A stretch of 64,000 nt of DNA from Novakomyces olei (lineage: Eukaryota), in contig JADEYG010000003.1 in assembly GCA_016906335.1 (NCBI GenBank), forward strand, positions 1,178,001 through 1,242,000, given 5' to 3'. Positions 41,471 to 53,936 of this stretch are shown in pieces. The notes under the pieces were generated by a model that worked only from the letters and a program-made list of their open reading frames with translations, made no database searches and was not told the DNA's origin. The first letter of the stretch is position 1, and each line of letters opens with the position of its first letter. The position numbers and the translations under genes were made by a program.

Positions 41471-42517
41471 CTATGCCAGCATCTTGGCTCCTCTCTCTGC
41501 TTCGCTATTTGGGCCTCGTCTAGCGTGGCCGCGATTGGCCGTCTGCGTGCAAGATCAACGCCGCACTATCGCTGCTAATATAGATACTGCAAGTCACCCA
41601 ATCCTGCGAGTCACCTCGGCCACTTTAGCGGCAGATTAACCCTCGTTCCAAATGAAACTTTGGTAAAGTGACTCTTTCGCGCCTTTTGACTGTGGATACT
41701 TTGTGTGTGTAATTTCCGCAAATTTGATTTGCCTAAAATTTTATTATTGTGGGGAAGAAGTAATATTACGCGCACGCTTGGCTTTCGGCAGCTAATTAAT
41801 TGCAAATGTTTGAAATAGTCGTGTTTTGCTACGTGGAAATATGAGTTGTTGGATAGTGTAATAGTATATAGTTTAGCTGTCTGTCGTTAATTTGGTTTTA
41901 TTATCGTTTGCCTTTATTTCCCATATTTACATTTGTTCACATTCGTTCAAATTTATTCATATTTATTCATACTTATTCATACTTATTCATACTTATTCAT
42001 TTTTATTTTTATTCAATTTTATTCATTAAGCAATCAATACAGGTTCTGTAGCTGAATGGCACTTGCTTTTCAAAACTGAATATTCTACAGAGGAACTTTG
42101 CGTACGAAAAAGGGTTATGAACGTTTGTAACTCTGTTTCTCTTTTTATTTTTTATTCTTGAAAACATGTCGCATGGCTCTATAATGTCATTCAAGTATTG
42201 GCCACCGCTACCATAACCAGTGCTACCGAAACCAGTGCTACCAGAACCATTGAAATAATGATAAAAAGAAAATAAACAGCCTTCAAATTATTTGTCTGTA
42301 AATTATTTGTCATCTCGTAATTCCTGTGATACCAGTTTGTCTAATATGTCCAAGCATTCTGGGTAAACAGATTCTTTGTCCCAATGCTTTGACAAAGAAA
42401 TTAGACACAATATACTGTTTATGTATGTTTCTACGGCGTTTCTTGTTCCATCGTTTACGAAAACACAGCCTTCACTGCCAAACGTGTCTTTTTCGGTCTT
42501 TTCCGTAATATAACACG

Positions 42518-42610
42518 ACGTCATCGCTCACTTTAATAAAATTGTACAATATAATCCGATTCCCCTTTGAGTAATCAGGAACATTGGTACTAAATTGACA
42601 GATATATAAA
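42518..42610 (+). promoter_or_regulatory. Putative CRE/M26 site (ATGACGT on - strand, 42518-42524) and TATA box (TATATAAA, 42603-42610) upstream of the HAD phosphatase
   Basis: Motifs seen directly; function inferred from Atf1/Pcr1 site consensus. Confidence 0.35.
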
Positions 42611-42734
42611 GAAAAGAGGCCATGCCGTCTCTGTTCCAATCTATTCTCAATTCTGTTCCAAACTATCCTCATTTCTGTTCAAATTATCCTCAATTCTTTC
42701 AGCATTCAGAACACCACCACAACGTTAAATCAAA

Positions 42735-43466
42735 ATGCCTTTGCCGTTAGAGGGAAAAAGGCTTATTGTATGGACGGACTTTGACGGTACCGTAACCTGC
42801 GAGGACTCAAACGACTATATGATTGACAACTTTGGCTGTGGTGCGGCACGGCGCAAGGAGCTCAATGAAAAAGTGCTACACCACGAGCTCACTTTCCGCG
42901 AAATATTCGGGCCGATGATCGACAGCATAAAAAAGCCGTTTGACGAATGCTGCAAGTGCCTTGCTCGCGACATTGAGTTGGATCCGGGATTCCTTGATTT
43001 TTACAATTATTGCCAGGCGAACGATATCCCCATCGTCGTCCTGTCTTCCGGAATGCAGCCAATCATCCGAATGCTTTTAGGCAAACTCATTGGCCCGGAG
43101 GCCGCTACCAACATTGAAGTCGTTTCTTCCGACGTTAAAGTCGATCCGGAGACGGGAAAGTTTAACATTATCTTCCACGACGAGTCGGGATTTGGACACG
43201 ATAAATCGCGGGCAATTAAACCGTACGCGGAGCTGCCAGAATCCGAACGTCCGCCAATGGTTTACTGCGGGGACGGCGTCTCTGATTTGTCGGCCGCTCG
43301 GGAAACCAATCTGCTCTTCGCCAAGAAAGGTCGTGATCTCGTAAACTATTGCATCCGTGAGAAGATGCCTCACCACGAGTTTACGTCATTCAAAGATATC
43401 CATGCACGCGTTAAAGATATTGTGGAGGGAAAGGAGACGCTCAAGCCTCTCGGTGCTCAAGACTAG
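42735..43466 (+). CDS. HAD-IB phosphatase (MtnX-like; yeast Pyp1 / S. pombe Ptf1 type)
   Basis: WTDFDGTVT, VVLSSG, GHDKS, YCGDGVSDLSAA. Confidence 0.88.
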   Translation: MPLPLEGKRLIVWTDFDGTVTCEDSNDYMIDNFGCGAARRKELNEKVLHHELTFREIFGPMIDSIKKPFDECCKCLARDIELDPGFLDFYNYCQANDIPIVVLSSGMQPIIRMLLGKLIGPEAATNIEVVSSDVKVDPETGKFNIIFHDESGFGHDKSRAIKPYAELPESERPPMVYCGDGVSDLSAARETNLLFAKKGRDLVNYCIREKMPHHEFTSFKDIHARVKDIVEGKETLKPLGAQD

Positions 43467-43972
43467 ACGGCATTTACCGATTTTAAAGCGGCTATGCATT
43501 TTTCTGTTTTTGTTTTTGCGCTGCCTAGAGCAGCGATACTGCGACGCGGGCTGTCTATGTCTCTTGGCCATGGCCAGCCAGACGTGCTCCGCGTTTATAC
43601 ACCATCTAGATGATAGAATGAATTTGTCTTGTACTTTTATTAATATAGACCATTTGATAAGGATATAAGACTCGTATCCGTTGGATACAGCACATAGTCT
43701 TGAAGCCTAATAAATGGCTTTTTTTAGGGGCACTTTTGTGGCCAAGCTCGGCGTAGAAATAGCTTTTTCAACCCATAGTTTTAAAAAGTATCATCATTCT
43801 TATAGAATCCTCAACCTCTGATGGAAACACGATACTTTGACTACACCAGTACCGAACGTTCTGGCAGAAACTGGAGCATGAGCAATGTACCACACAGGTT
43901 TAGGAAGCAAGTACAACAAACGGAACCCGTATCATTTTGACACTTGATCCCTCTCTATATTTAATTCTACAC

Positions 43973-46841
43973 TCAGTCTTTATGGGAATCATCGCTGCTC
44001 GCAAGGGATCGTAGATCATCATCATCGTCCTGCTGGTGAATGACATGGCCCGTAGAAGACCCGGCAGATTCTGCCAAAGGTATATTATCGTCGGCAGTAG
44101 ACACATGCTGCCAGCCAGTGTGCGGATCTGACCGGCCTCTTACCCGTGCAAACAGCCATTGCACCACTCCCTCTAGTCGAGAGACAATCCAGGCCTCTGC
44201 CCGACTAGCACTTGACCCAGGCAAAGGCCTTTGACCCTCTTCTCCACGCTCTACAGATCCGTTTCTGCGCTCATAAGCATCGTCAAAAGTTATATCGCCC
44301 TCATTGACTCCATTTTCCATTCGTGCCTCGTATTTGAGGATATCTTTAACCGTCAGCAGCCCACACAATCGGCCGCGCATTTCCACAAAGACCAGCCTTG
44401 GTCCGAGTGTAGCGAAAATAGTCCAGGCTACTTCTAGAGCCAGCTCGCCATTCACCATTATCGGCGTCGGGCTGGCATAGTCTGAAAAGTCCAACACTGA
44501 GTGAGGAGGTGGTGACGGAGTGCCGTTATTGCTGTTGCCATTGCTGCTAGTGTTTGCATTTGTGTCCATGGCAGGAACCATAGTCTCTCCACCAGAGGCC
44601 AGAGTGGGAGTAGACTTTCCGGTGGGGGCCAGAGTGGGGGTAGAGTTCCCCTCTACCGCCTCCTGACCGTCAAGTTTCCGGGTGAAAATGCAAGTTGCCA
44701 TCTCGTCAACTTGGCTGTTGTATGCAGACGCATCCTGCTCCATTTTCTGGATTGCTCTGCGCAACTCGAGTCTATCAAAGTAGCCCAGCAAGAATCTTTC
44801 GGTGCCACTGCCCTGGACGACGGGAAACCCACGCACTTTAGCTGAAGAGACGAGCGACCTAAGTGCGTTTAAAGTGAGTCCCGAGGCCGGCAGCATTATT
44901 AGATCGGTTGTCATTACAGAAGCAACTGGCCTCCCAAACACAGGCTCCTCTTTACTATCGAGAAAAGGAAACTGATTCAGACGGATCATACGATCAGCTA
45001 TGCCCCCACCCCGGCCGATCTTGTCTGTGACTGCCTTGGTGACCCCCACCACAATCATAGCCGGCAGTATAAAAGTCAGTGCACCAGTCAGCTCAAACAT
45101 TATAACAACCACAGATATCTGGATGTGCATTATCCCACTGAGGGCAGCAGCCGCTCCCAAAAAAGCATACGTTCCGGGAGTAATACATGGCACATCTGGC
45201 TGGCAGGCAGAGTAAATTCGCCAGTGAGGAGCTCGCTGCTGTATGGCAGAGGCCACTATCCCAACAGCCCGGCCAAACGTCGCCCCGATGGCCATTGAGG
45301 GCACAAAGATACCAGCAGGCACTTTAGCTCCGTAAGAAATAATGACAAAGGCAATACGAATGGCTGTAGCAGTCATGAGGGAGACAAAGACACGGAACTG
45401 TGCACGCTTATCACAGAGTCCAGCATAATCATCGTCCACACGTTCACACTCTTGGAACAGAATCTCCATGCTCTCTGTCATATCCAGCCGGAGATAAGCG
45501 TTCCAGTAGCCCACGAGGCCCGTAAGCAGAGCTAATAAGGCTGCTTCACGAACTGCACAGGCAGCCAAACGGGCTTTACGGAATTTCTGGTAGCGGAGAT
45601 TGAGCCGGATCGTTAATTCGCCATAAACCCCGCCAAAGATTCCGATAATTACGAAAAAAAATATTTCAAAAACGTGCCATGTTCGGTCGTACGTGACGGA
45701 AAACATGACCAATTGCCCTGTGCGGAAGGGGTTCATGAACGAGAGTACAGTAGTGGCCATCAAAGCGCAAAAGAAGCCTCTCCACATTGTTCGCGTTGGT
45801 GCGTGTGCGGATATTTCTTCAATAGAGAAAAGCACACCACCAATGGGGCTGCCAAATGCGACACCGACACCAGCGGCAGAGCAGGCAGTAAGCATTTCCC
45901 TAGTTTTAGCTGCATTCAACTGATAACGAGGAAAAAGCTGGGAAATAAAGTTGCCGATACACACGGCAACATGAACACTGGGACCTTCTTTGCCCACAGA
46001 AAGTCCCGAGGCAATTGCCAGTGGCAGGCCGATGCTTTTTAGCAAAAGCGTCCAGCCACTAAGGAAGCCTTTCATCACAAAGCCGCCCACTATACATTTG
46101 ATCTCGGATATCCCCGAGCCGGCAGCGTAAGGGGCAAACGTCCTGACAAGAAAGGCACTGGCTGCGGCAAATACGGAAGCAAACACCAGATAGCTTAGGT
46201 AAGGCAGTAGAGCCGAATTGCCCCACGGTACCCAGTCTGTGCACTCGGAATCGTGCAGGCCGAGGCAGCAGTATTTGCGAGTGAGGTACCAGTGAGACGT
46301 GCACCGTCCAAATTTAACGTCGGAGAGGTAAGCCGTAACCACATTGATTATCGCGGCATTGACTCCGATAAGGACGCCAATGAGTGATGTAACAAGCCAC
46401 GATTGCCCGGCAGTGAGAGATCCGAGAAGACCTGCTTTTATATACTCGACACGGCTCATTTTCCGTAAATGCTGTCTCCTCCGCTCGTGCTCCCAAGCCG
46501 CGTCCTGGACCCAGTCTACGACGAGTTAGTATTGAACTCTGGCAGCGTCTGATTTGAGCAAATATAGACATTTAATCCGTAGGGAAAAGGCAGAGGAACG
46601 ATAATTAAATTAAAATAGGCAGCCATCCATCCCGGATCGCTGGTGCCAATTTTCTCAGAGGCCAATTAGGCCAAAAGACTCACCGATTGTTTCAAAGTCT
46701 TCATAGCGCTGGTAGTCTTTTGTGGGCCCGAGACCACCAGTATCAGGGTGCTGCCGCTCCGTACTATACGATCAGCGACGTCATAAAAACAAGAATTTTT
46801 ATTCTCTTATTCTTTCTCTGAGATCCATACCCGACCGGCAT
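43973..46841 (-). CDS. GEF1: CLC-family Cl-/H+ exchanger (Gef1-like) with CBS domains
   Basis: Two 5' introns join MPVG|TERQ...YEDFETI|DWVQD to GSGISE, GKEGP (gating Glu), FSIEE (proton Glu), GIFVP and a CBS pair. Confidence 0.9.
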
Positions 46842-47096
46842 CAAGAAATCAAGGCAATTAACATCCAAGACTTGAAGCGTATCCAATTAACATTGTCTCG
46901 TCTCGCTGATTGTAAGCTCGTTTATGTCATTGATGCGATTAATTATTGTATGAGCATGTTTAGTGTGGGTGAAAAGTATATTACTTTGCTGCTTCCTTGA
47001 CGCTACCGATATAACGCAATTCTTACACAAGGTCTTGGAGGTCTATTCCGACGATAAGTAAATAAATAAATTGTTGAAAATATTCTGTGTCTAAAA

Positions 47097-47111
47097 AATA
47101 AATAAATAAAA

Positions 47112-47194
<83 letters not shown>
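47097..47194. repeat. (AAAT)n microsatellite in the CLC/DPB3 divergent region
   Basis: Direct reading. Confidence 0.95.
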
Positions 47195-47196
<2 letters not shown>

Positions 47197-47259
47197 AATT
47201 AATTGATTAATTTATCAATTAATCAATTGACTGCCCTTCGAGTCGTGCCACGCTTGAAA

Positions 47260-47744
47260 ATGAGCGATCGCGAGCGGCCGCCACGCCGACAATGTGCACT
47301 GCCTCTTTCACGTGTGAAGAAAATCATCAAGCAAGATGAGGAGATTTCGTTATGTTCGGCTTCCGCTGCGTCCTTGATTGCTTTTGCTACGGTAAAGGCT
47401 GCTACTATACTTTGTGCAGACCAAGTCTAACACGGTCGCAGGAACTTATGATGGAGGAGCTAGTGGCGAAAAGCTACGTGAATACCGTTACAGACAAGCG
47501 TATAGGACTACAGCAAAAAGATATCCGTGAGTAAAACGCGTAATTAGAGCCTTGTGTCTCGCTAACATGTCACGCAGAGAAAGCAGTTGAGCGACTCGGA
47601 TGTTTTGAGTACTTGACCGACGTGGTAACAGCTCCAACAGCGGACGAAGAAGAAACGCGCACGGGGGCGCGTGCTGATGCGCAGCGTGCTGCTACTGCTC
47701 TTTTTGGTAAAATGCAAGAGGCCAGTACTGAAGCTGCCAATTAG
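47260..47744 (+). CDS. DPB3: Histone-fold protein, DNA polymerase epsilon subunit Dpb3-like
   Basis: LPLSRVKKIIKQDEEISLCS...FAT|ELMMEEL...QQKDI|QKAVERLGCFEYLTDVV. Two short introns. Confidence 0.8.
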
Positions 47745-48880
47745 CCTATCTTTTTGATTGATTGACGCGCCACGGCAATAAGAGCCAACAATAAACAGAA
47801 TCGTTTTGCTACACGGACGCGTTGTCTTCATTCACAACAATTCAGACTGGTTTCGGTCACGTGGCGGCTTTGACTATGGATCAAATGTACATACATAATG
47901 TACGTACATAATGGCTTCTACACTGTACTGTTGTTCATAGTTGTATGACTGCCGCCCTGGCAGCCTTACATTCCTTTTCATGCTGCACACTAGGCTGTGA
48001 GCTGATGGCATTACTAGTAAAGCCTGCCTAAGTGCATTAAAACCAATGACAAAAGCAGTCTAAGCAAACCAAACTGCTCAGCTGCATTTTGGTATAGATA
48101 TAGCCAATTTAATTCTGTAGTTCGGTCCTTGAAATGAATATTTTAGCCATGTATATTAATTACTTGACAATACATGAAACGCGTCAGGCTTTAAAGCTGT
48201 TTTCTATTCACTCATTTAATAAATTAATAAACTAGTTTTTCTTTATCGCAGCGCGTTTTACTTGTTATGAATACCCTGATACTGTACCATTACTTGTTCT
48301 ATTCGCCAAGATAGAATCGCGCTATTTCACATGCGCCCGATATACTTATCAATCTTGACAACGAAAACCCTGTCTCCAAAGATCTGGTCTGAACGGCGTC
48401 GATCCGCCGCAAGTGTATAGCCAAAGCAAAGCTCAACGGCAGATCTCTTTACGGGAAAGCAGTGTGCATTTTAAAGGAGCGTCAGCCAAAGAGTATTCAG
48501 ATCCGTTTGACTGTACCATCATTGCGCGTTAGTGCGAGAGCCAAAGCAGCGTTCTTGCCTTGTGGGTACTGTGGCAAGCAAAGTGTGGGGAAGACGTTGG
48601 CAGGACATAATAATTGGACGGTACGCGTAAACGCAAGCCGGCGAGCATCAAGAGGCGCGGGACGGATTCGGCAGTGGAGACTTGAGACGGCAAAAGGTTG
48701 TGGACTGACGCACAAAAGGGCTGTAGAGTTGTGGGAGACGCGTGACTCAGACTGAGAAACATTCTGCACAAAGATCTGCCAAAGGCTGTACATTGTGACT
48801 GTGCTTGCTTGTTTTGACAGCAGTTTTCGGTGCAAAGGACGGAGCCTGTAAAGGTACCTGTATAGGACAGAAACTACATA

Positions 48881-48952
48881 GGACAGGTAACTGGCAAAGG
48901 ACAGAGCACTGGCAAAGGACAGAGCACTGGCAAAGGACAGGTAACTGGCAAA
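48881..48952. repeat. 18-bp tandem repeat x4, GGACAG(GTA/AGC)ACTGGCAAA
   Basis: Units at 48881, 48899, 48917 and 48935 in A-B-B-A order. Confidence 0.95.
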
Positions 48953-49089
48953 AGTGGGACTGCAATTGGAGAAGGGTGGAGTTGAAATAGTCGCTCCAGA
49001 CCGGCTGAGCAGATCTATCGAGCGCATCGCTCTCCTGCAAGTGCCTTGTATTTCTCAAAGCAGGTGCGTTTCCTCAGGCCTGCAGTTTT

Positions 49090-49266
49090 TTTTACAGTAT
49101 TGTTTTACAGTATTGTTCTACAGTATTGTTTTACAGTTCTGTTTTACAGTATTGTTCTAGAGTACTGTTTTACATTTTTGTTCTACAGTATTGTTTTGCA
49201 GTATTGTTCTACAGTATTGTTCTACAGTTCTGTTTTACAGTATTGTTTTACAGTTTTATTTTACAA
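49090..49266. repeat. 13-bp tandem repeat (TACAGTATTGTTY)n upstream of PPS1
   Basis: Direct reading; about a dozen degenerate copies. Confidence 0.9.
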
Positions 49267-49339
49267 CGCTTTCCCTACAACAGAGGCAAAGAGACTATGA
49301 GAGCTCTGTAAGCAGCCCCTACACTATCTACATCCTGTG

Positions 49340-51997
49340 ATGGGCCGCGACGTTCACGAATCGCAGCTGTGCACGTGCCCGGCCAAATGCGACTCTGCAA
49401 TTGACGAGGTAAAGCAGCCCTCTGTAGTTACGCGTGCGGACGAGGGAGCGCGTCAGCTCCCTTGTCCGTGCACTGCGGCCGACAGCGGGTGGGAGGGTAC
49501 ACCTAAATCAGTGGTAGAGTCTCTTCCCAGCTCGCTCGCAGACTCTGTACCAGGATCGCCCTTTTCGCATAGCCTTTTCTCTGTCGGCGACAGTGACAGC
49601 GACAGCGATGGAGCGGCAGTATGTTCGCCCTCTCCGCTTTCCTCTGTATCCCCTCCGCCTCATTCAACTGCCGCGAGTCTGGCAGAGGCGCCTGCAGTGC
49701 TACGGCCACGTGTAAAACTGTGCTCGAACCCGCCAGTGTACAGTGTAACAGCAGCCGAGTTCCACGAGGCTAAACATGAGGCGGCTATGCGGCCGCTGCC
49801 TAGAGGCAGCGACCTGTTCCCCTGGGCCCACGGCCTACTCTCTTCCAATTTTGCTCAGTGCGAGTACTTTGGAGCTCACCATAATCCCTCTGCCTTGCAG
49901 CCGCCGCTTGATTACGCAGGCAGCGTTCTGCTGGCAGTGCAAGTAGGCCCGACTGGCAGCAGCAGTAGTAATAGTAGTAGCAGCAGTTCTGCTTGCTCTG
50001 TCCGTATTATTGGAGCAGTGAACGCCAACGAAATCCTTCCCGATCCGCTGCAGAGACCTCTGCCATCGACTCCAGCAAAAGAGCAGACGCTCTTTCGTGA
50101 CCTGACTCCGCCACAGGGCATTAGTCTGCGCAATTTTCATATACAAACGAGCAAGTTTGCGCAGTTGAGTGATGTTGTCGTTTACTCTGCAGAGGATGTA
50201 GACAGTGACGAAGAGGGCAGTGAAAAAGGCAGTGAAAAAGGCAGTGAAAAAGGCAATGAAAAAGGCAGTGAAAATAAAAGCAGTGACAAAAAAAGCAGCA
50301 CCAAAAAAACCGGTGGACTGGGGAGATGTAGAGACAGTGTGCGGGCACAGTTACTGGCCACGGCCAAGCGTATAAGCGAGGCACAAGCAGCCTTTTACGA
50401 GACCCACAAGGACAGGCTGGCACGGCCTATGCGTACGTTTATCCTTGCCTGCTCTCTGGCAGAGTACCGTGACGAGTTCCCTGAGGATACACAGGTGGTA
50501 GCAAGTGCCTCTGCCGCACTTGCCGCCTCTTCTTTTACATCTCCAATTGCCCTTGCAACTCAGTCCTCACTGCCTCTGCCGCCTCGGCCGGGCGAGCGGG
50601 GCAGGCAGCTGCCGTTTGCCTACACCGAGTGCCGGGAGATGAGGGAGAACACAAAGTGCTCTCTCATAGCCAACAATGTTCTGCTCGGCAATGAGAGCGA
50701 TGCTGCTGAAGGCGTTAGGACTCGTATGTTTGACGTGGGCGTTTGGTGTGTAGGACCAGAGCACAGGTCCTGTTTTCCCAGGGCGAGTGCCCTGAGGAGG
50801 GTGGCTTTTGCTCTGGAGAGGGGCCGAGTGCCAGTGACGCTGGTTGTGCCTGCCCCATCTGCTCTGGCAGCAGAGGCATTCGCTTCTCTGCCAGAGGCAT
50901 TTTCTTCTCTGCCAGAGGCACTTTCTCCTCTGGCAGAGAGCATTGTAGCCCTCTGCCGGTTCATCTACGGAGTAAGCAACGGGTGCCTCCACGATCCGGC
51001 TCAGAGTCGGGTAGTGGGAGCCCGAGCGCCAACTGCCTCTCACCGAGTCCTCCTGTACTGTGCGGACGGGTACTCTGAAACCTCCTTCTTTGCCCTGTGC
51101 TATCTCGTCTACGCTGGCGGCTGGCGGCTGGACGAGGCCTGGCTCAGGCTGCACTCGCACTTGAACCGTGCCTTTTACACCAGCTCAGTGGACAAACGGG
51201 CCCTTGTCGCTGTTGAACCTGCTCTGCTGTTTGCCGGTGCTCTGCACAGATGCAATGGGGACAGGTCTACTGCAGAGATTATGGCCAAAACTGCTCTTTT
51301 ACGTGACCTCTCCCCTTGGTTCGATACTGCTCCAGAGTCCTGTACGTTTGACGGGACACTGCCGAGTCGGATAACACCGACACTCTACTTGGGCAATCTG
51401 ACTCATGCGTCTAACCCACAACTGCTCATTGCTCTCGGCATTACGCACGTGCTCAGTGTCGGCCAGAATGCTCCTCCTTCTGCCTTTCATGGCCGTGAGC
51501 TGAAGCATTTGTTTGTGGACAGAGTACAGGATGACGGAGTCGATTCTCTGCTGCCAATCCTGGACGAGTGCTTTGCTTTTATAGACGCTGCTGAGGCACA
51601 GAGTGGGGGCCGAGTGCTCGTCCACTGCCGAGTGGGGGTCTCCCGCTCAGCCAGTGTCTGCATTGCCCATCTTATGCGGACACGTAATATGTGTGTCGCC
51701 GCTGCTTACCTCCACGTCCGTGCTCGACGGCTCAATATCATCATTCAGCCAAACCTGAGGTTCATGTACGATCTGCTGGTCTACGAGGAACAGCTGGCCG
51801 CTCGGGCTTTGAAACGGAACCGTGACCGGCGCCGGTCTAGCGCTAGTTCTGCCGTTTTGGCCGGTAAAAGGGATGGCGATGATGGCGATGACGATGATGA
51901 TGATGCTGGCTGGGAAGATGAACGGGCACTCGCCCTGCGCAACATTGAATGGCCTCATTTGTGCCGTGAAATTGCTGCTCTTAATCGGTTCCAGTAA
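49340..51997 (+). CDS. PPS1: Dual-specificity protein phosphatase Pps1-like
   Basis: LFPWAHG, ISLRNFHIQ, degenerate loop YCADGYSETS, active loop HCRVGVSRS, RARRLNIIIQPNLRFMYDL. Intronless; ATG at 49340. Confidence 0.88.
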   Translation: MGRDVHESQLCTCPAKCDSAIDEVKQPSVVTRADEGARQLPCPCTAADSGWEGTPKSVVESLPSSLADSVPGSPFSHSLFSVGDSDSDSDGAAVCSPSPLSSVSPPPHSTAASLAEAPAVLRPRVKLCSNPPVYSVTAAEFHEAKHEAAMRPLPRGSDLFPWAHGLLSSNFAQCEYFGAHHNPSALQPPLDYAGSVLLAVQVGPTGSSSSNSSSSSSACSVRIIGAVNANEILPDPLQRPLPSTPAKEQTLFRDLTPPQGISLRNFHIQTSKFAQLSDVVVYSAEDVDSDEEGSEKGSEKGSEKGNEKGSENKSSDKKSSTKKTGGLGRCRDSVRAQLLATAKRISEAQAAFYETHKDRLARPMRTFILACSLAEYRDEFPEDTQVVASASAALAASSFTSPIALATQSSLPLPPRPGERGRQLPFAYTECREMRENTKCSLIANNVLLGNESDAAEGVRTRMFDVGVWCVGPEHRSCFPRASALRRVAFALERGRVPVTLVVPAPSALAAEAFASLPEAFSSLPEALSPLAESIVALCRFIYGVSNGCLHDPAQSRVVGARAPTASHRVLLYCADGYSETSFFALCYLVYAGGWRLDEAWLRLHSHLNRAFYTSSVDKRALVAVEPALLFAGALHRCNGDRSTAEIMAKTALLRDLSPWFDTAPESCTFDGTLPSRITPTLYLGNLTHASNPQLLIALGITHVLSVGQNAPPSAFHGRELKHLFVDRVQDDGVDSLLPILDECFAFIDAAEAQSGGRVLVHCRVGVSRSASVCIAHLMRTRNMCVAAAYLHVRARRLNIIIQPNLRFMYDLLVYEEQLAARALKRNRDRRRSSASSAVLAGKRDGDDGDDDDDDAGWEDERALALRNIEWPHLCREIAALNRFQ

Positions 51998-52140
51998 CTT
52001 GTTGATGGGCAGTCTGTTGTGCAGAGCCAGCGTCTGTGCACGTTTGGTCTTTTATACAGATTGCCCAAGTGTCCTGTCTGCGTCTGTTGAGGATTTGACT
52101 GTTGTCTCGCTTAACCGGGTTCTGTGGTTGAGGGCGTTGG

Positions 52141-52245
52141 TTGGATTTAGTTGGTTTAGTTGGTTTAGTTGGTTTAGTTGGTTTAGTGGGTTTAATTTAG
52201 TTTGGTTTAGTTTGGTTTTGTTTGGTTGGATTTAGTTTGGTTTGA
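52141..52245. repeat. (TTGGTTTAG)n and (TTTGG/TTTAG)n G/T-skewed repeat downstream of PPS1
   Basis: Direct reading. Confidence 0.85.
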
Positions 52246-52879
52246 TTTCGTCTGATTTCGTTTGATTTGTTTCTGCATATTCGTGTATGGTTTTCTGCAT
52301 TTATAGGCTCTGGTTGCGGGATGTTTTTGAGCCCTGTTGCTCTGCAGGGAGTGGAAGGAGTTTTCGTTTGTGAGGGCTTATCGTCTTTGTAAAGCACCCT
52401 GACCTGCTTCTCGGGGATCGTGTAGTAGCAGGGTGTATGTGTGGGTTGGGTTGGGTTTGTTTGCGTTCTTTTTTTATGTTCTTTTTTTACGTTTTTTTTT
52501 TAACGGATTCAGTCTATTTTGGATCATCTACATGGTCTGTCATGGTAGCATGGCTTTACGACGAATCGTTGGTCCGTAGAGCTTGACAAGTACCGTTTTG
52601 AATAAATTCAAAATCTAGATTAAACACCAACCCTGTAGCGATGCAAATGTACTGCGACTAGTAGCTTTCTTGCTGCCCTCAATTTACCAGTATAGGCACA
52701 CAAACCCAAATTCTCAGTGTGTCATCGCGTGTATCACCAAACACAATAAAAAAAAGACAAAAAGACAAAAGGAAAAAAGGAAAAAAAAAAACAAATAATT
52801 CAAACAAATAAAACAGTTTAAAATGCGGAGAAGCCAAAAAGCCAGGCCCAGCCCAATGTACCCCAAATAATTTTTCCGT

Positions 52880-53680
52880 CTACTTTATGCGATTAATCCG
52901 CTGAGTGTTCATGTACATGTTTGTGTCGAGAACATCGCTCTTGTCCTGCAGATCATCGAGCTTATTATTTTGGTGGTCCACTTCGACGTTGGCAGCACGA
53001 GCAAGGCCGTTCAGGCGGCCAGCAGCGTGGCCGAGCAGATCCAAGTTCTTATCCAGCTGCTTCTCCATAGCATCGTCCTCCTCGTCAGGCTCGAACTGGT
53101 ACTTTGCTCGCTCCATAACCGACGCCTGTTGGGCAGCTGCTTCCTGGCTCTTTTTGCCACGGTTCCAGGGAGCCGATTTCCTCGGTTGCAGGGCCTCGTC
53201 TACCCGTCGCTGTGACGAGTAGGCGTACTGCCTATTCGCATCTAGCTGTGTGCGCTCCTGCTCGTGTCTGGCTCTGATCCGCTGCTCCTCCTCCTCTGCC
53301 CGCTTCTTCTTGCCCCATGGCTTGTTAATACTAATGGCAAACATTGATCTGTTGAGCTGTTTCAGCTCACGCGCTTTATCCTCCGCTCGACGCGTATTAA
53401 TTGCCGCCATTTCAATGTGCCGTTCAGTGTTCGCCAGCTGATCAGACTGCTGCCCAAGCTGCAGCAGAGTCGCCCGACCCGTTTCCTCTGCCTCTGCGGC
53501 CACGCGTAACGCGTTCTCCGTCGACGCTAAGGATTCTTGCTTTGTAAATTTGATCTGCTGTTTGATCCCTTCGACTTCTTCGTCTTCCTGCTCTGCAGTC
53601 AGCTGGTACCGATCCTCAAACGAAGGCTGCGCCCTTAACTGATCGTGATCACGCTCTTCTTCTTCTTGCAAAGCCACCAA

Positions 53681-53713
<33 letters not shown>

Positions 53714-53824
53714 CTGCTCGTCATAGTCATAGTCATAGCCTTCATCAAAAGCAGCGCCAGAGCTGAAATTGCCTGCGTACTTGTCTGACGCGGCAGTCGA
53801 CTGTGATGAACGGGAACGAAACAT
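52880..53824 (-). CDS. SEC9: SNAP-25-like t-SNARE Sec9
   Basis: IKQQIKFTKQESLASTENAL, ELKQLNRSMFA, KYQFEPDEEDDAMEKQLDKNLD; two Q-SNARE helices. ATG at 53824. Confidence 0.92.
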
Positions 53825-53936
53825 TGTGAATTGCTCACTGTCTTTCAAGGTGCAGTTTGTATAGATTAATCCACGACATTTAAGCGGAGAATAATACGTG
53901 ATAATATTACAATAATTCAAACAATAATTAATTATT

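Noticed and set aside
42303..42672. Short - strand ORFs upstream of the HAD phosphatase
   Set aside because: No recognisable motif or splice-supported model; they overlap probable promoter elements.
46100..46125. CLC filter GSGISE rather than GSGIPE
   Set aside because: This variant is known in fungal Gef1-type CLCs and the selectivity Ser is retained.
52141..52245. Interstitial telomere array
   Set aside because: TTGGTTTAG lacks a GGG run and degrades into other pentamers, like the many unrelated microsatellites here.
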